DNA from: Fimbriimonadales bacterium | GTDB taxonomy: Bacteria; Armatimonadota; Fimbriimonadia; Fimbriimonadales; JABRVX01 | Assembly (NCBI GenBank): GCA_045862955.1 | Contig: BTVI01000017.1 | Location: forward strand, 1-64,000 | Length of the DNA: 64,000 nt | Direction: 5' to 3' | Part shown: positions 38,030 to 49,540 of the stretch, in pieces | Layout: each line of letters begins with the position of its first letter | Numbering within the stretch: the first letter of the stretch is position 1 | The notes under the pieces: generated by a model | Databases searched by the model: none | Seen by the model: the letters and a program-made list of their open reading frames with translations, nothing else | Told to the model about the DNA's origin: nothing | Translations under genes and position numbers: made by a program

Positions 38030-39033
38030 TTTCCCTCGAGAACGGACAGGTCGGGGTTCAGCAGTTCCTTCACATCGGGCTGCGACATGTTCTTCGCGGT
38101 GACCAGCGTTACGCCGGTGTCTATGCGCGGCTGGACGGGCTTCTTCTTCAGCACGTCATAGGCAGTTTTCACGCCCAGGTAACCCATGCGCACAGGGTTC
38201 TGCACTACGAGGCCCTCGATCTCGCCTTTCGATAGCGCTTCCACCAGTCCGGGGCTGGAATCGAAGCCGACGAAGCGCACCTTGCCCGCCAAGCCGCGGG
38301 AGCGCAGCGCCAGCAACATGCCGAAGGTGGAGCTTTCGTTCGGCGTGAAGACGCCCTGCAGGTCGGTGTAAGTGGTGAGCAGGCTCTCGGCGGCGTCCTG
38401 TGCGGTGGCGCGCGTGGCCCCCGCATACCGCTTCGGGTCGATCAACTCGATGCCGCGGGACTTGGCAATGGTGTCGGTGAAACCCTTTTCGCGCTGGACG
38501 GTGCTCTCGGAGCCTTCCTGGTAGCGCAGAAGCAGGACCTTGCCCTTGCCTCCCAACGCCTCGACCATCGCCTCGGCTGCGAGCACTCCACCCTTGTAGT
38601 TGTCGGTGGCGACGTAGCTGGCGAAGTCCTTGCCCACCTCACCCGCTAGGCCCGAATCGATAATCACCACGGGGATGCCCGCGCGGCCGGCCTGCTGAAC
38701 GGGTGCGAGCAGGGCCTTGTCGTCCAGCGGTGCGAGTACGATGGCGTCGTATCCGCCGCTGATCAGGTTCTCGACGAGCGAGACCTGCTGCTGCCGGTCG
38801 TCCTCGCGCTCGGGGCCGGTGAAGGTGACTTCGACGTCGCCGAGTTCCTTCTCCGCCTTCACGGCGCCCGCATGAATGCTTTTCCAGAAGTCGTGCGTTG
38901 TGCCTTTGGGTACGACGGCGATGCGTAGCTTGGGGGCGCCGCCGGTTTCGCCGTTCTTGGCCGCTTGCTTCTCGCCGCATCCCGCGAGCATCGCGAGGGC
39001 GGCGAGGGCAGCCAACAGGATACGTGCTCTCAT
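38026..39033 (-). CDS. Sugar ABC transporter substrate-binding lipoprotein
   Basis: Lipobox LAGC; ATDNYKGG, VGFD and VVQNP motifs. Confidence 0.93.
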   Translation of the reverse strand: MRARILLAALAALAMLAGCGEKQAAKNGETGGAPKLRIAVVPKGTTHDFWKSIHAGAVKAEKELGDVEVTFTGPEREDDRQQQVSLVENLISGGYDAIVLAPLDDKALLAPVQQAGRAGIPVVIIDSGLAGEVGKDFASYVATDNYKGGVLAAEAMVEALGGKGKVLLLRYQEGSESTVQREKGFTDTIAKSRGIELIDPKRYAGATRATAQDAAESLLTTYTDLQGVFTPNESSTFGMLLALRSRGLAGKVRFVGFDSSPGLVEALSKGEIEGLVVQNPVRMGYLGVKTAYDVLKKKPVQPRIDTGVTLVTAKNMSQPDVKELLNPDLSVLEGK

Positions 39034-39188
39034 CTGCTCACCTTGGGGCTATGGGTCTCGCCTCTCGTTTCGCCTCTTTCGGTGCGGCTCCTGCACCGCA
39101 CGCACGGCTCAGTCGCCGAGGAGCTTCCAGTGACGGCCCACAAGACACGCTGCAGCACGCATAGCGCCGGCCAGCACACGTGCAAGAG

Positions 39189-39216
39189 GGGGTGCGTGGG
39201 TCCACCCACGCACCCC
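39189..39216. terminator. GC-rich hairpin after the 1011-aa gene
   Basis: GGGTGCGTGGG-TCCA-CCCACGCACCC stem; weak U tract. Confidence 0.5.
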
Positions 39217-39242
39217 CTTGCTACGTCCAGGCAAGGCCGTGG

Positions 39243-42200
39243 CTACAGGTCGCCGACTGCGCCGAAGTTGGTGAGAACGATGTTCAGGTCGGACAGGTCG
39301 ACCGAGCCGTCTGCATTCACGTCTGCGGGACCCATCGTGCCACCGAAGTTGGTGAGCACGAGCGTGAGGTCTGCGATGTCTACGGAGTTGTCGTCGTTCA
39401 CGTCGCCGTTCTTCAGTGTGAAGTTGACGCCCGCAGTCGCGGGACCTGCTACCACCTGCGACGGACGCACCTGGCGCAGCCACGTACCATGCTTCAGTGC
39501 TATGTCATAGGTGCCTGTTAGCACGTCTGGCACCGTGTAGCCGCCCGAGCCATCCAACACGGCAGTGAAGCTGGCCACCACAGTGAGCGTGCTCGGTTGC
39601 CGGAACTCCAGGGTAATAACGCGTCCAGCAGGTGATGGCACCAGGTTCTGCAGCGTCACGGTACCTGTCATCGTAGCTTCCGGCTTGAAGCCCTGAATCC
39701 AGGTGCGCCATCCGCTCGAAGCCCATTCATGGTGCGCCCAGAAGGTGCGATGATCAGCAGGGTCAACGTTGATCGCGCTGTAGTCGCCCCACCTATCCGT
39801 GGTGTATGGGCCGGTGGAGTCCTTGCGTATCACATGCGCACCCATCGTGCCCAGAGGATCGGAAGCCCAGCGATGCGTGGTGACCATCGAGATGTATTCG
39901 TTGCTGGAGGATCGCGCAAACGTCATGGCCGCGTTGCCCTCCGGGTCCACGGTGATCGAGTTGAAGTAGGTGTGGATCGTATTGTCAATCTTGGCCGTCC
40001 CCGATTGCACGAGCACGGGGTTAAGACCGGAGTCCGGCCAGCCACGCATGTCGATCTCGTACCAGCGCGACTCGACCGGACTCGAGTTCACGTGGTGTGC
40101 GGCCCACAGGTGGCCGTTCCGATATGCCACGCTCCAGAACCGCGCATCGAAGGTTTGCGGTCGGACGGTGGTACCTTTCTGAACCGGGGTGCCGGGCGCG
40201 CTGTAGGCGGGAACGGTGAGATTGACGCTGACGAAGTTCGGGCTGGTGAGCGGGTCCTTCAATGCTAACAGTCGAACCTGAGTGCGATTACTACCCTCCT
40301 GATGCTCGATCAGGTACAGGTAAGGTGGATTGTCGAAGCTAACGGGTGGCATGCCTGCAGACTGCGTCGAGGTGCTCAGCGTGGTGGACCTGCTGATGGC
40401 AGGAGGCAGGCCCGCCAGCATACTCGCCTTGTCGAAGGTGTACACGGGGTAGTTCGCGCTGATGCCGAACCCGTCGCCTGTTACGTACACCACATTCTGG
40501 TCCACTGCGATGTTCGGAGAGTCGAAGAGGTTGCCCGCGAGCGCCGATGTGTCGAAGCGATACTTGTACCACGTCCCGTTCGGATCGGAGTCGTCCGAGA
40601 CTGCTATCAGCACATAGGACTTGTTGTTCGGCGCATAGCCCTCCGCGGCCATGGCGAAGAAGCGCCCCGATAACTCATCGTACAGTACTTCGGGGTCGAA
40701 GACGAACCCGGTGGCGCCGAGGCTTCCCCAGAAGCCGGAAGCGCCTTCGATAGGGGTCTGGTACTGCTTCGTGCCCGTCTTGGTGAACCACGCAATCGCA
40801 CCGTTGGTCATTACCACGATGTGGTCGGGACCGACTGCTAGGTGTGGATCGGGCGGGGTCCAGCCCGTACTAGTGATTCCCAGGAACCCGATGTCGGCCC
40901 CCGCGATCGTCACCTCGCGATCACCTTCCACCTCGACATCCAGCGGATCGAAGGTAGGTGGAATGTGCGGGCTCGCCGCGTCGGCAACGACCTTTGGTGC
41001 GGCGGGCTGCATGAGAGGCGTCACGCCCATGTCGGCGACGTTCACGTCGAGCAGCCTGCGACTCAGCATGGACACGTACGTGCCGTTCTTGTCCTGCGAC
41101 CCGTTGCCGCTCCAGGCACATACCAGTCTGCCATCGGGCAGGAAAGCAACCCGCCGGGAGCCGGTTGCCGCCCGCATGGACTGGTCCCCTTCTACGCCAA
41201 GGTTCAACCGGACTTCGCCACCCAGCCGGGTGCCGTCCGATGCGAACATCTGAACGAACACGCCGTTGCGGTCCCCGTCCTCGGAGTTCCATGCGATGGC
41301 AAAGTGACCATCGGGGGCGACGGCTATGTCTGCGCCGTTCTGCACCCCTGCGGTCGTGGAGTTGACTACGAAGGGAGCTGCGACCGGCTTCCCCTGCACG
41401 TCGAGTCTGCGGGCGACGACACCGTATTCGGACCCGTCGCTCTCCGAGTCCTGCCATGCTACGATATAGCCGCGCCGAGTGGCAGCGATCACCGGCTCTA
41501 CCTGGTTGTTCCTGCGCTCACCGGACACGAGGATGTCGGTTCCGATGCGCTCACCACTCGCACGGAAGCGCTGAAGTCGGATGCCGGCCGGGTCGTGATT
41601 AGCATCGAACACGGCGAAGACCACGGCAAGCGAGCCATCCGCACCCCATGCGAGTGCCGGAGTGGTCTCGAAACGGTCCTGCTCCGATACCCGTAGCTCG
41701 TCGGTCAGCGGCTGACCCGAGGGGTCGAACAGGCGCACGTACACGCGCGGGTTCGCCTTAGCGGACTCCATCGAGCGCCACACGACCGCAATCCGGCCGT
41801 CCCGGTCAATCGCGATCGCCGGGTCGGACTGGTCGCCCTTCCAAGTCTGGTTGACCAGAATCTCGTCGCCGCCGTCGAGCTTGCGGAGGAGGACGCCGCT
41901 GCCGTGCCCGTCCTGACCCCAGGACTGCCAGACCGCCCACGTCTCACCCTTCGGGCTCGTAGCGAGCGCGGGAGCGCCGAGGTGGCTCTCGGTCCAGATG
42001 CCGACGGGCCTCTCCTCGCCGAGCGCGATGCCCTCGGGCGAGAACTTTTGATAGTAGACGCCGCTGCGGCCGCCTAGCTGTCGGCGACTGCCCCACGCGA
42101 CCGTGATGCCGCCGTCCGGGCCGACGGCGATGGTAGCCTGGTCCTGCGCACTGGGGGTGAAAGTGTTGGCTCGCCACTCATACCGGTTATAGTGGTCCGC

Positions 42201-42278
42201 CGCGGTGCCGGCCGCGAAGGCCGACCCGACGACGAGGACCAAAGACGAAAGGCCGAACGCTCGGATGCTTGTGCCCAT
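39243..42278 (-). CDS. Secreted multidomain protein (1011 aa) with C-terminal dockerin-like EF-hand repeats
   Basis: Signal peptide; VN....GxQ..P.IA repeats; PPDP..AVGP and RWGDYS domain; GDVNDDNSVDIADL / ADVNADGSVDLSDL tail. Confidence 0.8.
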   Translation of the reverse strand: MGTSIRAFGLSSLVLVVGSAFAAGTAADHYNRYEWRANTFTPSAQDQATIAVGPDGGITVAWGSRRQLGGRSGVYYQKFSPEGIALGEERPVGIWTESHLGAPALATSPKGETWAVWQSWGQDGHGSGVLLRKLDGGDEILVNQTWKGDQSDPAIAIDRDGRIAVVWRSMESAKANPRVYVRLFDPSGQPLTDELRVSEQDRFETTPALAWGADGSLAVVFAVFDANHDPAGIRLQRFRASGERIGTDILVSGERRNNQVEPVIAATRRGYIVAWQDSESDGSEYGVVARRLDVQGKPVAAPFVVNSTTAGVQNGADIAVAPDGHFAIAWNSEDGDRNGVFVQMFASDGTRLGGEVRLNLGVEGDQSMRAATGSRRVAFLPDGRLVCAWSGNGSQDKNGTYVSMLSRRLLDVNVADMGVTPLMQPAAPKVVADAASPHIPPTFDPLDVEVEGDREVTIAGADIGFLGITSTGWTPPDPHLAVGPDHIVVMTNGAIAWFTKTGTKQYQTPIEGASGFWGSLGATGFVFDPEVLYDELSGRFFAMAAEGYAPNNKSYVLIAVSDDSDPNGTWYKYRFDTSALAGNLFDSPNIAVDQNVVYVTGDGFGISANYPVYTFDKASMLAGLPPAISRSTTLSTSTQSAGMPPVSFDNPPYLYLIEHQEGSNRTQVRLLALKDPLTSPNFVSVNLTVPAYSAPGTPVQKGTTVRPQTFDARFWSVAYRNGHLWAAHHVNSSPVESRWYEIDMRGWPDSGLNPVLVQSGTAKIDNTIHTYFNSITVDPEGNAAMTFARSSSNEYISMVTTHRWASDPLGTMGAHVIRKDSTGPYTTDRWGDYSAINVDPADHRTFWAHHEWASSGWRTWIQGFKPEATMTGTVTLQNLVPSPAGRVITLEFRQPSTLTVVASFTAVLDGSGGYTVPDVLTGTYDIALKHGTWLRQVRPSQVVAGPATAGVNFTLKNGDVNDDNSVDIADLTLVLTNFGGTMGPADVNADGSVDLSDLNIVLTNFGAVGDL

Positions 42279-42448
42279 ATCCCATTCCTCTCGCGAAAAG
42301 GATGCCGAGTGCGCCTCGACAAGGCCGCGCCTCGGTACATCAGGTTAAAACCCCGATACGGCCTGCGGCGTTCCGCCGGCGGCAGATGGCGGGTGCCGGT
42401 TCGGTAAGATCGCAGGTGTCCCGAGTTCTTTGCATGGGAGGACTACGC

Positions 42449-43267
42449 GTGTTCCAGTTCTGCAAGCGCCTTACAGACAGCGCACGATTCCAGGCGTTTA
42501 TCCTCGGTGTCATCGTGCTGACGGCGGTGGTGGTCGGCCTAGAAACATCACCCACGCTAATGCGAAACTATGAGGCTCTGTTCCTCGCGTTCAACTCGGT
42601 GGTGCAGGCGATCTTCGTCGTGGAAATCGTGCTTCGCATCCTGGCACATTGGCCGCTGATCCATCGTTTCTTCAGAGACGGCTGGAACGTGTTCGACTTC
42701 CTGGTCATAGCGGGTTCGCTGCTGCCCAGCGTGGGCGTGTTCGCTACCGTAGCACGAGTTGCCCGGCTGTTCCGGGTTGCCAGGCTGGTATCGGTGGCCC
42801 CGGACCTACGACTGATCGTGGACACCATGCTACGTTCTATCCCGGCGATTACCAATGTCGTGCTGTTGCTGGTGCTACTGCTGTACGTGTACGCGATTCT
42901 CGGCTATCACACGTTCTCGGACGTGGACCCCGACCGGTGGGGTAACCTGGGCGCTTCGCTGATGACGCTCTTCAAAGTGTTGACGCTGGAAGGGTGGGTG
43001 GAAATTCATGACACCGTAGAGGCGACCCATGCTTGGGCTTGGCTTTACTTCGGGAGCTTCATCTTCATCGCAGTGTTCGTAATGATCAACTTGTTCGTCG
43101 CCGTGATCCTCGAGAACATGCAGAATGCCCGCGTGGAAAGACGGGCGGAAGAAGCCGAAGCCATGGGTGATGACGACGTGCGGACTCTCCTAGCCGAAAT
43201 GCGTGGCACGCTCGACCGGATTGAATCCACCCTTACTCGCCAGACCAGCACGCGCACCAGCACGTAA
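42449..43267 (+). CDS. 6TM voltage-gated cation channel (BacNav/AnclNav-like)
   Basis: WNVFDF; S4 RVARLFRVARL; pore TLEGWVE; S6 INLFVAVI; C-terminal coiled coil; GGAGGA before GTG 42449. Confidence 0.9.
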   Translation: MFQFCKRLTDSARFQAFILGVIVLTAVVVGLETSPTLMRNYEALFLAFNSVVQAIFVVEIVLRILAHWPLIHRFFRDGWNVFDFLVIAGSLLPSVGVFATVARVARLFRVARLVSVAPDLRLIVDTMLRSIPAITNVVLLLVLLLYVYAILGYHTFSDVDPDRWGNLGASLMTLFKVLTLEGWVEIHDTVEATHAWAWLYFGSFIFIAVFVMINLFVAVILENMQNARVERRAEEAEAMGDDDVRTLLAEMRGTLDRIESTLTRQTSTRTST

Positions 43268-43286
43268 CCTCCCAGCAAAAGCTACT

Positions 43287-43317
43287 GCCCCCTCGCCGCG
43301 GACGACGGCGTGGGGGC
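43287..43317. terminator. Hairpin between convergent genes
   Basis: GCCCCCTCGCCG...CGGCGTGGGGGC imperfect stem. Confidence 0.45.
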
Positions 43318-43342
43318 AGAGGTTCGGGGCTGAACGGGCCTG

Positions 43343-44041
<699 letters not shown>

Positions 44042-44186
44042 GGCTTCAACTCCTGTTCTGCGGGGGGCCGGCGCCCTCTCGTCTAGATGCATTATTGTAC
44101 ATTAGTTTCACCGATTCGGCGGCCAGATATCGTGAAAACCCGTGCAGGCGACCGATCCGGCGGGACGAGCATACGTGTGCCGTCCT

Positions 44187-44498
44187 GGCGATACGCTCTC
44201 CGGCGGGAAGCCATTCCTCTGTGGTCTTCGCGAAGGCGGGGATCCATTCTCGCGAAGGTGGGAAAGCAGCAGGCCCCGACCTTGCCCCGGCGCGGTCCTC
44301 AGGTTCACCTCATCCCCTCGGTGCTGCTAGGCGACGGACGCGGGCCGGGGCATGGAATCGCAACAAGGTTCCATGTCGCTTGCCCCGGCGCGGTCCTTCG
44401 GTTCGAGGCGTGCCGACGATCGCTGCTAGTTGGCGGACGCGGGCCGGGGCATACACAAGAGCTCGCCGTCGCGGCGATAATCTCTCCGGCGGGAAGCC
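44187..44498. repeat. Repeat mosaic: two family-2 elements plus a CTTCGCGAAGGCGGGGATCC REP-like motif, bounded by 26-nt direct repeats
   Basis: Elements at 44283-44352 and 44381-44451; GGCGATAnnCTCTCCGGCGGGAAGCC at 44187 and 44473. Confidence 0.8.
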
Positions 44499-44502
44499 GG
44501 AA

Positions 44503-44808
44503 TTACCACATGCCCAGTTCGATGCGGCCGTCCTCCGTGATCAGGTCTTGCGACCAAGGAGGATCGAAGGTCAAGGAGATGTTGACCGTCTCCACCCCAG
44601 GCAGTTCTGCAAGCACGCTGCGGATCTCGCGCTCGATTTCCGGCCCGATCGGGCACGCGGGCGTCGTCAGCGTCATCAGCACATCCACCACGCCGCCCTC
44701 GCTGACGGACACGTCGTACACCAGACCCAGGTCCACGATGTTGACCCCCAGCTCGGGATCGCGGACCTCTTTCAGCGCCTCGCGCACAGTCTCCGCGTTG
44801 ATCAGCAT
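44503..44808 (-). CDS. DUF59/SufT-like Fe-S cluster assembly protein
   Basis: DPELGVNIVDLGLVY, TLTTPACP and FDPPW motifs. Confidence 0.93.
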   Translation of the reverse strand: MLINAETVREALKEVRDPELGVNIVDLGLVYDVSVSEGGVVDVLMTLTTPACPIGPEIEREIRSVLAELPGVETVNISLTFDPPWSQDLITEDGRIELGMW

Positions 44809-44826
44809 CGGTAGCTCACCCCCACG

Positions 44827-45279
44827 CTATTCCTCTTCCGTCGAGACTCTGCCGCCCGGGCTGGAGAGCGCCTGCCTAAGCGTTGCCCAAGGGAGCAGAG
44901 CGCACTTCACCCGCACCGGATAGTTCTTCACCCCAGACAGAGCGGCGAGGTCCTCGTCCTCATCCAACGGTTCGTGGGGCTTATCCGTCAGCATGGCCGA
45001 CACCTGCTCGATCAGCGCATGCACCTCGTCTAGGGTCTTTCCCTTCACGACCTCGGCCAGCATGGAGGCGGAGGCTTGGCTGATGGAACAGCCTTTGCTG
45101 TCGGCTCCCACTTCTACAACCACGTTATCGCGCACCCGCAGTGTCAGGATCAGCTCGTCGCCACAGAGCGGATTCACCCCCTCCGCCTGCGCCTCCGGCT
45201 CGCTCAGCGGCGGCCCATAGCGAGGCGAGCGGAAGTGGTCCATGATGACTTCGCGATACAGCTCCTGCTCAACGCGCAA
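44827..45279 (-). CDS. sufU: SUF system NifU-family scaffold/sulfur transfer protein
   Basis: NPLCGD, GCSISQASAS and RVKCALL motifs. Confidence 0.94.
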   Translation of the reverse strand: MRVEQELYREVIMDHFRSPRYGPPLSEPEAQAEGVNPLCGDELILTLRVRDNVVVEVGADSKGCSISQASASMLAEVVKGKTLDEVHALIEQVSAMLTDKPHEPLDEDEDLAALSGVKNYPVRVKCALLPWATLRQALSSPGGRVSTEEE

Positions 45280-46507
45280 CGGTGAAAACCTGTCTCACTC
45301 GGTCCAAGGCCTCGATGAGAGCATCGAGTTCTTCCCTCGTGTTGTAAAGATAGATGCCGGCGCGCGCTGAGCCAGGGATACCCAGCTTGCGGTGCAGTGG
45401 CTCGCAGCAGTGATGCCCCGCGCGAATGGCTACCCCGCACTCGTCCACGATCTGGCTGATGTCGTGGGGATGCACGCCCTCCAGCGAGAACGAGAATACC
45501 CCCAGCCTATCCGCTGCGTCTCGAGGGCCGTGAAGCCTGAGCCCGGGCACGTCGGCGAGCAGGGCTAGGCCGTATTCGGTAAGAGCCCGCTCGTAGCTCT
45601 CCAGGTTGTCCATCCCCAGGTGCGTCAGATAGCCAACGGCTTCGCCGAAGGCGATCGCTTCCGCGATATTCGGAGTACCTGCCTCGAACTTGTGCGGTGG
45701 GGGGCTCCACTCGGACGACTCCCAACGCACTCGGCTGATCATGGAGCCACCGAAGTGCAGGGGCTCAGTCTCCTCCAGTCGTTCCGCCTTCCCCCACAGG
45801 GCTCCCGAGCCGGTCGGCCCACACGCTTTGTGTCCGGATAGGGCATAGAAGTCGCATCCGATCGCCTGCACGTCCACACGGAGGTGCGGAGCCGCCTGCG
45901 CGCCGTCCACCACGCTGACCACACCCGCCTCGCGAGACATCCGGCACATCTCGGCCACCGGGTTGATGGTTCCGAGCACGTTAGACGCGTGCGTGAACGC
46001 CGCAACCTTGGCGTTTTCTCCGAGAGCCGCGCGGAAGTCTTGCAGGTCCAGTCGGAAGTCTTCCGTGACTCGGACGAAACGAAGCCGCGCACCCGTTCGC
46101 TGCGCAACCACCTGCCAAGGGACGAGGTTGGAGTGGTGCTCCATCTCGGTCAGCACGATGGTGTCGCCGGGACGCAGTCTCGGCAGTGCCCAGCCTTGGG
46201 CAACGAGATTGATCCCCTCGGTAGTATTTGCCGTGAAGACCACCTCGTCCGGCGAGGCGGCGCCTAGCCATTTTGCTACGGAGGCGCGAGCACCCTCGTA
46301 TAGTGCGGTGGCCTCTTCGCTCAGCTTGTGCAGGCCACGGTGCACGTTGGCGTTGGAGTTCTCGTAGAACCGCTGCAGTGCCTCGATGACCACCCGAGGC
46401 TTCTGGGAAGTGGCAGGGTTGTCCAGATAGACGAGCGGACAGCCGCGGACCTGGCGAGCCAAGACGGGAAAGTCGCGCCGAATGTCCTCGACGTCCAGCG
46501 CACTCAC
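45269..46507 (-). CDS. sufS: Cysteine desulfurase SufS
   Basis: YLDNPATSQKP, SGHK and RAGHHC motifs; GTG start overlaps the ferredoxin stop. Confidence 0.95.
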   Translation of the reverse strand: MSALDVEDIRRDFPVLARQVRGCPLVYLDNPATSQKPRVVIEALQRFYENSNANVHRGLHKLSEEATALYEGARASVAKWLGAASPDEVVFTANTTEGINLVAQGWALPRLRPGDTIVLTEMEHHSNLVPWQVVAQRTGARLRFVRVTEDFRLDLQDFRAALGENAKVAAFTHASNVLGTINPVAEMCRMSREAGVVSVVDGAQAAPHLRVDVQAIGCDFYALSGHKACGPTGSGALWGKAERLEETEPLHFGGSMISRVRWESSEWSPPPHKFEAGTPNIAEAIAFGEAVGYLTHLGMDNLESYERALTEYGLALLADVPGLRLHGPRDAADRLGVFSFSLEGVHPHDISQIVDECGVAIRAGHHCCEPLHRKLGIPGSARAGIYLYNTREELDALIEALDRVRQVFTVAR

Positions 46508-46818
46508 CCTTCGAGGCCCTCCAGGTATGCCTCTCCGCTCTCCACGACCACGGTGTAGGTCCCGATGCCGCGAACCGCCGGGAGACACAGGGCACGACCG
46601 TCTCGAATGTCGAAGCGCGCACCGTGCCGAGGGCACTCCACCTCATAGCCGTCCAGAATGCCTTGGCCGAGGGGTCCGTTATCGTGCGTACAGATGTCGT
46701 CGAATGCGTACAGCTGTCCCTCGACCCTCCCGATCGCGATCCGGCGACCAGAGACTTCGACGACCTTCACTGCGCCCTCTTGGAAGGCGCTCTCGCAGCC
46801 GAGGTGGATTCTGCTCAC
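46504..46818 (-). CDS. Rieske-type [2Fe-2S] ferredoxin
   Basis: CTH...CPRH motif. Confidence 0.93.
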   Translation of the reverse strand: MSRIHLGCESAFQEGAVKVVEVSGRRIAIGRVEGQLYAFDDICTHDNGPLGQGILDGYEVECPRHGARFDIRDGRALCLPAVRGIGTYTVVVESGEAYLEGLEG

Positions 46819-46821
46819 GAC

Positions 46822-48135
46822 CTAGATATACCCTTCGGCGATGGCCTCTTCCGCTCGGGTGCGCACATACTCGTCCAGCAGACCCAGTTCGGCCCGGTCC
46901 AAGACCTGGTCCAGGAAGCCGGCAACGATGAGCCTGCGCGCCTCTAGCGGCGGAATGCCTCTGGTAGTCATGTAGAAGATCTGGTTCGGGTCGAGTGGCG
47001 CCACCGTGGCGCCGTGGCTGCAGCGGACGTCGTTCGCCAGGATTTCGAGGTTCGGGATCGTATCGGCGTGTGCCTCCTTGGACAACAAGATGTTCTGGTT
47101 CGTCTGGTAGGCGTTCGCCCGCTGCGCACCCTTCTCGATGCGAATCATGCCCGAGTACACCGACCGCGCCTTACCGGAGACAGCCGCCTTGAACAGCAGG
47201 TCGCTCTCGGTGTTACCCACTCGGTGGTGCTGCACGGTGTGATACTCGATATGCTGGTCGGCCTTCGCGAAGGTTAGTCCTAGCATGTCGCTTCGAGCGC
47301 CTTCACCGACTAGGACGGCCTCGTTGGTAGCCTTCGTCAGACGGCTCCCGAGGCAGAGCGTGACAGTTACCAGGTGCGCGTCCCGCTCCACTTCGGAGCG
47401 AATGTGGTGGAAACTATACACGTTGTCGCCCCACCGATTCAGGTTCACGTACCGGACCTCGGCCCCACTGCCGACGAACAGGTCCGCCAGTGAGCTGGAA
47501 ACTACCGAGTGCGGGAATGCGCCCGATACGTGCTCGTCCAAGAGCGTGACACGAGCCCCCTCTTCCACCACTGCTAGCAACCTGGGGCACACCAGCCGAC
47601 CACGACCAAACGTGGCTTGCACATGCAACGGCGCCTCCACGTGCACGCCACGCGGCACGTACAGGAACACACCTTCATCCCACAGGGCGCGCGTCAAGGA
47701 CACGAACTTCCGGTCCATCGGATCGTAGGGTGCAACGTCGAGGTAATGCCGTACCAGGTCAGGGTGTTGGAGCATTGCATCCTGGAGGCTCTGCAGCAGC
47801 ACGCCTTGTCTCGCGGCATCTTCGGGCAGCCCGGCCCGCCCAGGACCCTCCGCGACGGACGACGTGCTTTCCCCCGGCTGCGCGTCGCCGCGCGGGCGGA
47901 GAGACGCCTCGCTGGGCGCACTCCACGTGGCCAGCACCTCGTCGAAGGGCACGCCTGCCAGGTCGGCGCGACGCCATCCCTCGTCGGTCCGAGATGGCCA
48001 CGGTGTCTCACAAAAGAGGTCCCAGGCGGTCCGCCGAGCGCCCATCGCCCATTCCGGACCCCCGCACGCCGGAATGAGCTGAGTGAAGTCTAGGCAGCCT
48101 GCTGCTTTGGGCAAAGGGGGTACGATGTTAGCCAA
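46822..48135 (-). CDS. sufD: Fe-S cluster assembly protein SufD
   Basis: [17 protein letters not shown]; position after sufB. Confidence 0.93.
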   Translation of the reverse strand: MANIVPPLPKAAGCLDFTQLIPACGGPEWAMGARRTAWDLFCETPWPSRTDEGWRRADLAGVPFDEVLATWSAPSEASLRPRGDAQPGESTSSVAEGPGRAGLPEDAARQGVLLQSLQDAMLQHPDLVRHYLDVAPYDPMDRKFVSLTRALWDEGVFLYVPRGVHVEAPLHVQATFGRGRLVCPRLLAVVEEGARVTLLDEHVSGAFPHSVVSSSLADLFVGSGAEVRYVNLNRWGDNVYSFHHIRSEVERDAHLVTVTLCLGSRLTKATNEAVLVGEGARSDMLGLTFAKADQHIEYHTVQHHRVGNTESDLLFKAAVSGKARSVYSGMIRIEKGAQRANAYQTNQNILLSKEAHADTIPNLEILANDVRCSHGATVAPLDPNQIFYMTTRGIPPLEARRLIVAGFLDQVLDRAELGLLDEYVRTRAEEAIAEGYI

Positions 48136-49540
48136 CGGAGCCCTCCATCTCTAGCTGGATCAGGCGGTTCAACTCGACCGCATACTCCAACGGAAGCTCT
48201 TTGGCGAACGGCTCGAAGAACCCGTTCACGATCATAGTAGTCGCTTCGGTCTCGGAGAGGCCCCGGCTCATCAAGTAGAAGAGCTGCTCCTCGCCCACCT
48301 TACTCACTGTAGCCTCGTGTTCGATACTAACACCGGGCTCCCGAATGTCCATGGTAGGATAGGTGTCCGACCGCGACTCTTCGTCCATGAGCAGCGCATC
48401 GCAGCGCACATTGCTCTTCGCTCCCGTGCAACCTTCGTGCACTTGGATGATGCCACGATAGCTGGTTCGCCCGCCGTCCTTGCTTATGGATTTGGAGATG
48501 ATGGTAGAGGTGGTATCGGGTGCGGCGTGGATCATCTTAGCGCCTGCATCTTGGTGCTGATCGCGACCGGCGAATGCCACCGACAGCGTCTCGCCTCGTG
48601 CCCCGCGACCCATCAGATAGATAGCAGGGTACTTCATAGTCAGCTTCGAGCCGAGGTTGCCATCCACCCACTCTACGGTAGCATCCTCATATGCCACCGC
48701 TCGCTTCGTAACGAGGTTGTAAACGTTCTTGGACCAGTTCTGAATGGTAGTGTAGCGCAGGTGGGCGCCAGGCATCGCAATCAGCTCGACCACTGCAGAG
48801 TGCAAGGAGTCGGAGCTGTAGACGGGTGCCGTGCAACCCTCGATGTAATGCACTCGGCTACCCTTATCGGCGATGATGAGCGTCCGCTCGAACTGCCCCA
48901 TGTTCTCGGAGTTGATGCGGAAGTATGCCTGCAACGGGATGTCCACGTGCACCCCTTCGGGCACATAGATGAAACTGCCACCCGACCACACGGCCGAGTT
49001 GAGTGCCGCGAACTTATTATCGGAGATCGGGATCACGGTCGAGAAGTACTTCTTCACGATGTCCGGATGCTCTCGAAGGCCGGAGTCCATGTCCAAGAAG
49101 ATGACGCCCTTCTTCTCCAGACCCTCGCGCATTCGGTGGTACACCACCTCCGAGTCGTACTGCGCACTGACACCGGCCAGAAACTTTCGCTCCGCCTCGG
49201 GAATGCCGATTCGGTCGAAGGTGCGCTTGATGTCCTCCGGAACGTCCTCCCACTGCCTCTCGGCCCTATCGGTGGGTTTGACGTAGTAGTAGATATTGTC
49301 GAAATCAATCGCTTCTAACAGTTCGGTGTTGCCCCACGTAGGCATGGGCTTGGCCAAGAACACTTCGAGAGCCTTCAGCCGGAACTCGCGCATCCACTGC
49401 GGCTCACCCTTGATCTCCGAGATGGTCTCGACAATCTCTCGTGTGAGCCCGCGGCCCGACCGAAACACCGACTGGTGGGCGTCGTGAAAGCCGTACTCGT
49501 ACTTGTCACCAATATCGTGGATCGTCGCAGGCTTAGACAC
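48128..49540 (-). CDS. sufB: Fe-S cluster assembly protein SufB
   Basis: [16 protein letters not shown] and LEMEGSVG motifs. Confidence 0.97.
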   Translation of the reverse strand: MSKPATIHDIGDKYEYGFHDAHQSVFRSGRGLTREIVETISEIKGEPQWMREFRLKALEVFLAKPMPTWGNTELLEAIDFDNIYYYVKPTDRAERQWEDVPEDIKRTFDRIGIPEAERKFLAGVSAQYDSEVVYHRMREGLEKKGVIFLDMDSGLREHPDIVKKYFSTVIPISDNKFAALNSAVWSGGSFIYVPEGVHVDIPLQAYFRINSENMGQFERTLIIADKGSRVHYIEGCTAPVYSSDSLHSAVVELIAMPGAHLRYTTIQNWSKNVYNLVTKRAVAYEDATVEWVDGNLGSKLTMKYPAIYLMGRGARGETLSVAFAGRDQHQDAGAKMIHAAPDTTSTIISKSISKDGGRTSYRGIIQVHEGCTGAKSNVRCDALLMDEESRSDTYPTMDIREPGVSIEHEATVSKVGEEQLFYLMSRGLSETEATTMIVNGFFEPFAKELPLEYAVELNRLIQLEMEGSVG

